Source: an uncultured Spirochaetota bacterium (GTDB lineage Bacteria > Spirochaetota > Brevinematia > Brevinematales > JAOACQ01). Taken from it: a stretch of DNA of 64,000 bases. Location: positions 1,344,001-1,408,000 of the forward strand of contig CAVYGN010000002.1 in the NCBI GenBank assembly GCA_963768055.1, read 5' to 3'. The notes beneath the pieces are model-generated. The model made no database searches. It worked only from the letters and a program-made list of their open reading frames with translations, and was not told the origin of the DNA. Each line of letters starts with the position of its first letter. Position 1 is the stretch's first letter. Made by a program: the position numbers and the translations under genes. Below, piece by piece: positions 58,796-64,000 of this stretch.

Positions 58796-59350
58796 CTATT
58801 CTGTCTTAAAACGGCCGTTAGTCACGGGAACGTTTATAAATTCCATGTTGGATAACGAGGGAAATAAATCGAGTATCTCGAGTTTGTCATGCGCAAGCGT
58901 ATTAGTAATATACAATGTATCCCAGCTTGCCTGGGTGTTGTCCTGCTCAAGGACAAATCTGCCCAGATAATTTATCTTGTTCGATTCAAGCTTGAATTTA
59001 CATACGGGATCGAACCAATCTGACGGGACCTGTGTCTCGAATACTACGCCGGTCCGTCCTATGCCCGTACAGCCGAAGGGAACATCGAGAAGTACATAAT
59101 TCACATCATTCGGAGTATAAATCGTATAACTTGCCGTGTCTGAAAACATCAGCATAAAGGTCGTCGCCGACATGTACTTTTCCCTGTCGATCGATAAAGC
59201 GACAATGGCCCCCCTGGGTTCATAATGTTTGCTTTCTTCAGGCCTGATCACTTTGCCTATCGCAAGAGTCGCTATATTCATACATCCGCTGAATAGCGCA
59301 GTTAAGGCGATAAGAACGATTATAACACGGAACCGTACTAAAATACTCAT
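58796..59350 (-). CDS. Hypothetical lipoprotein
   Basis: Start after AGGAG and lipobox FSGC. The segment NKINYLGRFVL resembles GQIACMGRLTL in the neighbouring lipoprotein. Confidence 0.75.
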   Translation of the reverse strand: MSILVRFRVIIVLIALTALFSGCMNIATLAIGKVIRPEESKHYEPRGAIVALSIDREKYMSATTFMLMFSDTASYTIYTPNDVNYVLLDVPFGCTGIGRTGVVFETQVPSDWFDPVCKFKLESNKINYLGRFVLEQDNTQASWDTLYITNTLAHDKLEILDLFPSLSNMEFINVPVTNGRFKTE

Positions 59351-59447
59351 CTGTTTCTCCTTTGAAATAAATTCAATATATATTTTATATTTGTCTTTCA
59401 ATTAACGCAAGTAACGCAAGGATTCGCGCGGATATCGGGTAGAAAAT

Positions 59448-59483
59448 AAAAAAACGGCGGAGAAAAAACTCCGCCGTTTTTTT
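59448..59483 (-). terminator. Strong intrinsic terminator
   Basis: AAAAAAACGGCGGAG-AAAAAA-CTCCGCCGTTTTTTT, a perfect stem with A/T tracts, just after the OMP stop. Confidence 0.9.
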
Positions 59484-59500
59484 AAAAGTACTATGTTACG

Positions 59501-61051
59501 CTAGAACTTGATACCAACATCGATTGCACCGAAGAGACCGAGAAGTCCGCCGGGGCCGCCGCCGTTGCCGAAAGCAGTCCAGCATTTAACAGAGAAGTTG
59601 TCTTTCGAGTATCCGATGTAGCAAGAAGATCCGCCGAGTCCATCCCAGTCGCCTATGTTATTGAAGCTAAGCCAGTTGTAAGAAGTCATATAAGCGATTG
59701 TAGAACCGTTAGCATTATAAGTAGAAGTGGTCGAGTTCTGCTGGTTGAAAGCGTCCCATCCCTGGAGGTAAGGGCCGTCGTCGCCGGTACCTGCGATGGA
59801 GTTAAGATAAACAATGAATCTCAGACCTGCACTCCAGTCTCCGGCAAACTTTGTGTCAGCCGAGAGGCTTACGAACGGATGATGGTAGCCATGGATTTCA
59901 TACCAGTCATACTCGGTTTCAGGAACAGAACCGTAAGAAGTTGTCTGGTTTAAATTAGTAGCTCCGGCTGTAGTATTAAGAGTGGTAGAAGTATAGCCGA
60001 GGGAGAACATATAGCCGTAACCGAGGTTGATAGTCCATACGGGAGCGGGAGTCAGCGTGATGCCGAAAATAGTAGGAACAAGAGCTCCGCTGTAAGAACT
60101 GGTGTTGGTTGTGCCATGGTCGCCGTCGTTAAGAGATGATCCACCGGAAAGATAAACGATACCTACATCAACGTAAACACCGAAGAGTTCGCCTGCAACC
60201 AGGTTCATCTTTGCAACAGCGCCTAACTGTGAATCGTTATAACTTCCGATAAGACCGTTCTGCCAGTAATTCTGGCCGTCAGCGATCCATTTGGCCTCAA
60301 TAGTAAGACTGAAAGGCCCGAAAGCCATGTCAATGTTCAAAGGAACGATTGCACCCCAACCGTTAACTGCTGAATTGTAGTTATTGGTTGATAATCCGCC
60401 TGCTGTGCCGTTATTCGTTCCACCAGCGCTATTCATAGAATCTTCTGCGCCTGAATAGAAACAGAATGTCACTTTGTTCCAAGGATCAGCATGGAAGCGA
60501 AGATTGTCTCCGGCAGCTATGCTGTAGGTTAAGTCGAATGCGACAAGGTTGTAAGAACCTGCGCCCGAAACGGTACTGCCATTTGTGCTCTGGACAAGAG
60601 AGTTGGTAAAGATAGTGGTGCTGTTATCACTGGAAGATACGCTGGCATTCCACCATGATATACCGATAGACCAGTCAAGAACGCCCGCCTTTAGGCCGTT
60701 AAGCTGAAGGTAACCGGGAGAAGTTGCTGTCATGCTGGGCAGTGCGCCGCCGAGAGCCAACTTGTCAAGACCCTGCACGCCACTAAGGGTTTCGCGCAGT
60801 TTGTAGGTCAATGTAAAGGTGTCGAAGTTGAGGTCGACGCCTGTGCCCTGACGCCCAACCCTAAGGTCGGCGAGAGGTGTCTGGCTTCCTGCAGCCCAAG
60901 GTTCTGCAAGATAGAATCCGCCGCCGGATGCGGGGGTTTCGCCGCCGCCGCCAGTGTTTCCTGCTTCAAGTCTGGTGTAAACCTGGCCGCTGACAGAAAA
61001 GCCGAGAGACGCAACCGCGACAAATAAGAGAACTACTAAAATCCTCTTCAT
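59501..61051 (-). CDS. Probable abundant outer-membrane beta-barrel or surface protein
   Basis: Signal peptide, Gly/Ser/Thr/Asn/aromatic-rich strands, C-terminal IDVGIKF, a strong promoter, its own terminator and AAC/TTC/TAC-biased codons. Confidence 0.75.
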   Translation of the reverse strand: MKRILVVLLFVAVASLGFSVSGQVYTRLEAGNTGGGGETPASGGGFYLAEPWAAGSQTPLADLRVGRQGTGVDLNFDTFTLTYKLRETLSGVQGLDKLALGGALPSMTATSPGYLQLNGLKAGVLDWSIGISWWNASVSSSDNSTTIFTNSLVQSTNGSTVSGAGSYNLVAFDLTYSIAAGDNLRFHADPWNKVTFCFYSGAEDSMNSAGGTNNGTAGGLSTNNYNSAVNGWGAIVPLNIDMAFGPFSLTIEAKWIADGQNYWQNGLIGSYNDSQLGAVAKMNLVAGELFGVYVDVGIVYLSGGSSLNDGDHGTTNTSSYSGALVPTIFGITLTPAPVWTINLGYGYMFSLGYTSTTLNTTAGATNLNQTTSYGSVPETEYDWYEIHGYHHPFVSLSADTKFAGDWSAGLRFIVYLNSIAGTGDDGPYLQGWDAFNQQNSTTSTYNANGSTIAYMTSYNWLSFNNIGDWDGLGGSSCYIGYSKDNFSVKCWTAFGNGGGPGGLLGLFGAIDVGIKF

Positions 61052-61082
61052 CAGAAAATCCTCCTATAAAAATTTTTATATT

Positions 61083-61111
61083 ACTATACCAAAGTTTTTC
61101 GCAATTGTCAA
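61083..61111 (-). promoter_or_regulatory. Sigma-70 promoter with extended -10 for the OMP gene
   Basis: TTGACA-N17-TATAGT with TGG before the -10 box. Confidence 0.75.
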
Positions 61112-61183
61112 GAGAAAATCTTTTATTTAAAAAATAAATTTCCTCAATGAAATACAATGCTTTGTGAGGATATTATCAGCAAA

Positions 61184-61723
61184 TTAAAAAGAAAACCCGG
61201 CATTAGCGCCGATAAAAAAAGCCCAGGTTGCATAAAAGCCGTTAGTAATGTCTATCTTGGGCAAAAGTACAAGTTTAGCCGCCGGCTCGAGATAAAATCC
61301 GGATGCATCGTCCAGGATATATTTATATCCCATCTCTATAGGGAGAATGAAATGTATATATGGTACGTTCGTATCCACGTTCAACAAATCCTCCCGTATT
61401 CCCAGGCCAAGGCCTGCCCATGGCCCTGCCAGAGCGTCATATGTGAGATAATACCTGAAACCGCCGTAAATGTAATAAAGCTGGCTGTTGGTAATACCTG
61501 TATATATATTCTGGTAGCCCCCGTCTACGAAAAAGGACAAATTTCCCAGAAAGCAGATCTCGCCAACCAGGCCCGCTCCATAACCGCTGTTAAAGGCCGA
61601 CATCAGCGTATATCCGGTATCTATACCTATCGCGTAATTCTTGAAATTGCCCTCGTAAGAGACGCTGGAAGCGGTCATAACTATGAACAAGGCCGATAAG
61701 CCTGCGAGATATATCTTTTTCAT
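61184..61723 (-). CDS. Small outer-membrane beta-barrel protein (8-strand type)
   Basis: Signal peptide, GFRYYL...GPWAG, GYKYIL...FYLEP and C-terminal GANAGFSF. Confidence 0.75.
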   Translation of the reverse strand: MKKIYLAGLSALFIVMTASSVSYEGNFKNYAIGIDTGYTLMSAFNSGYGAGLVGEICFLGNLSFFVDGGYQNIYTGITNSQLYYIYGGFRYYLTYDALAGPWAGLGLGIREDLLNVDTNVPYIHFILPIEMGYKYILDDASGFYLEPAAKLVLLPKIDITNGFYATWAFFIGANAGFSF

Positions 61724-61749
61724 GGCAATCCTCCGTTTTTATTGCATTA

Positions 61750-63534
61750 TTATTGTTTTATTCCGTTCTTTACGGAATCAGCCTCCCAGGGATAAGACAG
61801 CGCAAATTCACCGTATATTTCGGGGTTTTTATCGGATAGAAAATAAGACGTTTCATAAAAATAGACTGTCAGCTGTTTATCGGAACCTGTTTTCCTGTAA
61901 AGCCGGGCAAGGTAGAGGTAAGGCCAGTACGACCCGGGATAAAGTGTCAGGCATGCCATCATATAGTCATGCATTTTCTTGAGAGCATCGTTTCCGCTGC
62001 TGAAGTATTTCAGGATAGTTTCTTCAAAATTCAAAGGGCCTGAGTCGCCTGCGCCGGCCGGAAGACTTGCAATAAGCCTGGCCAGGGCCGGGTCTTCTTT
62101 TATTATAGAGTTATTGGACAGAGCCGACATATCGAATTTATAGGGGATCAGCATTCCACGGTAGGGATAATCTGCCGTAAGTGCATTGACCCGGTGCAGG
62201 GCGAGAATTTCGTTGACGGGAGAAAAATACATGCTCCGTAGAAGGCCTGCTTCGTTCGTAAAGATATTAGACATGCGGGAAATCATAGCGGGTCCGAGCT
62301 GAAATATCTGAGCTATTTTATCGGCCAGGATTTGAGCCACGGCTAATTGCCCCTTCATATTGAAATGAACATGTTCGGCGAAAATGGCGTTCCCGAAGGC
62401 CCTTTCGCCGTAACGGTTGGTCAGTTCGTCAAATAAAGGAATATAATAAAGATTGGGATAGATTTTTGAGTTTTTGATGATGTAATCCCTTAAACTATTA
62501 ATAAGGGTGCTCCTGGCCCGGAACGGGACCGTATCGAGGTCTTTTGCCGTAATAAGGCCGGGAATGACCGAGTTCGTCCAGAGGACCGACCTGTACAGGC
62601 TGTCAAGGTAAGATATGTTGGCGTTGCAGTCATATTCGCCGTGTTTTATCCTCTCGTTGTATATTGAAGCCATAAGTTTTTTATCTTTAGTCAGATATGT
62701 TTTGTAATACTCCGCGATAAAATTTGAATAAATATCATCCTTCTCACCGGCGAAGGGCGGCAGGTCGTAAAGATTGCAGACCGGTTCCATAATTATAACG
62801 GGTATATTTTTGTCCTTATAGATCCTCACGACCTCGTCGATGTTCTCAATAAAATCATTCGCGACCCTGCCGTCCGCAGCATCGTTTTTCAGGAAGTGCC
62901 TGCTTTTAGAAAGTGTTTCCATGAGGGTCCTTCTGCCCTTGTCGGCCTGCACCGGCAGAATTGAAAATATGAGCTGGAAGATTTTGAACTCTTTAAGCCC
63001 CAGAAACATTTTTTTTAAAAAACGTCCGCCTCCCGTCGATGAACTTACCGTCCCGAAATATTCGTTATGGCCTGCGTATATTATAATGAAGTCGGGGTCG
63101 TAGGCGAGTGCTTTTCTTGCCGCGTCGCTTACATAGTAACTGGACATGGCTGTGTAGCTGAGGTTGACGATCTCAAAAGCCTGCCTGTTCTCGCTCCAGT
63201 TCAGGGCGTTTTCGGCAATCTTCCCGAAGGCGTTATTCGATTCGAAGGGGTAACCCTGCGGGGTGGATTCGCCGATAAGAAAGCCCCTGCCATGACTCTT
63301 ATTCGAGTCGAACATGTTCTTTCTGCGAAGGGAGCTGTAACTTCTTGTTTCAGTAGTGTATTTATTAAGGAAATCATAATTGTCCACATATACCGACTGG
63401 TAGAAAGCGGGCTTTACAAAGGGCCTCGTGTCGTAACCGTAATGGAAAAGCCTGAGAACAAGTTCAAAACAAACGAGAACGGCAAGTATCATAGCTATAT
63501 ACGTTATAAGAAACAGGCTTTTTTTACCCATCAA
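61750..63534 (-). CDS. SGNH/GDSL hydrolase-like protein, paralogue of 56527-58176
   Basis: GESTPQGYPF, AMSSYY, YDPDFIIIYAGHNEYFGTVS, DTVPFRARS and EHVHFN motifs are shared with the paralogue. Confidence 0.8.
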   Translation of the reverse strand: MMGKKSLFLITYIAMILAVLVCFELVLRLFHYGYDTRPFVKPAFYQSVYVDNYDFLNKYTTETRSYSSLRRKNMFDSNKSHGRGFLIGESTPQGYPFESNNAFGKIAENALNWSENRQAFEIVNLSYTAMSSYYVSDAARKALAYDPDFIIIYAGHNEYFGTVSSSTGGGRFLKKMFLGLKEFKIFQLIFSILPVQADKGRRTLMETLSKSRHFLKNDAADGRVANDFIENIDEVVRIYKDKNIPVIIMEPVCNLYDLPPFAGEKDDIYSNFIAEYYKTYLTKDKKLMASIYNERIKHGEYDCNANISYLDSLYRSVLWTNSVIPGLITAKDLDTVPFRARSTLINSLRDYIIKNSKIYPNLYYIPLFDELTNRYGERAFGNAIFAEHVHFNMKGQLAVAQILADKIAQIFQLGPAMISRMSNIFTNEAGLLRSMYFSPVNEILALHRVNALTADYPYRGMLIPYKFDMSALSNNSIIKEDPALARLIASLPAGAGDSGPLNFEETILKYFSSGNDALKKMHDYMMACLTLYPGSYWPYLYLARLYRKTGSDKQLTVYFYETSYFLSDKNPEIYGEFALSYPWEADSVKNGIKQ

Positions 63535-63754
63535 GTTTCTCCTTACATATGAAAAGGAATGCGAACTTTCATTATATTGATTTCATCACATTGTGTCAAA
63601 TAAGAGTCAATTAAATGATTTTGCAATGACAAATTTCGAATGATGAAGGGGAATTTAATAATTCATACTATTAATATGAGTGAAATAATACTAAAAGTCT
63701 ATATAATTTTTTATATTTATTTTTATAATAAAAAAAGATTGTTGTATAATATTA

Positions 63755-63864
63755 GGGCGCTTCTAAAAACCGCCTTTATCAAGGCGGATAGGTAGCGCCC
63801 ATAGGGCAAATTTTAAGAATTATTATGTCGATCATTAACAACGATATTAGTTATTGGATTGCCC
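63755..63864 (+). mobile_element. GGGC...GCCC MITE-like element with ATTA flanks
   Basis: GGGCGCTTCTAAAAA-CCGCCTT-TATC-AAGGCGG-ATAGGTAGCGCCCATAGGGC...AGTTATTGGATTGCCC; 110 bp with ATTA on both sides. Confidence 0.8.
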
Positions 63865-63892
63865 ATTAATAAATTTTTTATAGGAGGAACTA

Positions 63893-64000
63893 ATGGAGAA
63901 AGTTATGAAGTTAGGGACTGCGGTTCTCTGCTTCGCAGTGATGCTGGCTTTCGTGTCATGCGGAGGCGCGAAAGGGGCCGCTGAAAAGCTGGGCGACGAA
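63893..64000 (+). CDS. Lipoprotein, N-terminus only (runs off the window)
   Basis: AGGAGG RBS; MEKVMKLGTAVLCFAVMLAFVSCGGAKG with lipobox FVSC. Confidence 0.75.
   Translation, partial: MEKVMKLGTAVLCFAVMLAFVSCGGAKGAAEKLGDE

Noticed and set aside
61157..61699. 180-aa plus-strand ORF
   Set aside because: It is antisense to the beta-barrel gene, which has the RBS, signal peptide and terminal Phe.

Overview
Chromosomal window from a flagellated diderm bacterium. It is most likely a spirochaete, inferred from the FlgG sequence and lipoprotein signals and not proven. Housekeeping and biosynthetic genes include argC, argD, ilvD, aroF-tyrA, aroE, rpiB, hisS, mnmG-lepB, dinB and flgG. Other loci: a glycan-initiation region (CapD/PglF-like dehydratase, two FtsX/LolE-type permeases, GT4, WbaP), a xylose locus (xylA, ROK regulator, ChvE/XylF-type ABC transporter), signalling genes (MCP, HD-GYP, PP2C, HATPase, RR/HK) and an envelope locus in which two SGNH paralogues bracket lipoproteins and a probable major outer-membrane protein. 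I recognised no rRNA, tRNA, CRISPR array, intact transposase, integrase or reverse transcriptase. The most unusual signals are: (i) a structured GGGC...GCCC MITE-like family in six copies, with covarying stems, 4-bp flanking duplications and nested mini-hairpins; (ii) an unannotated 37-aa leader peptide with attenuator architecture in front of a degenerate metallo-beta-lactamase-fold gene and a PP2C phosphatase; (iii) inward-facing CACAG/CACGG-type repeats bounding two small accessory islets and one apparently empty site; (iv) an Asn/His tandem-repeat extension on MnmG; (v) an apparent excess of Thr-Asn dipeptides in exported proteins. All calls are by eye, with no database searches.
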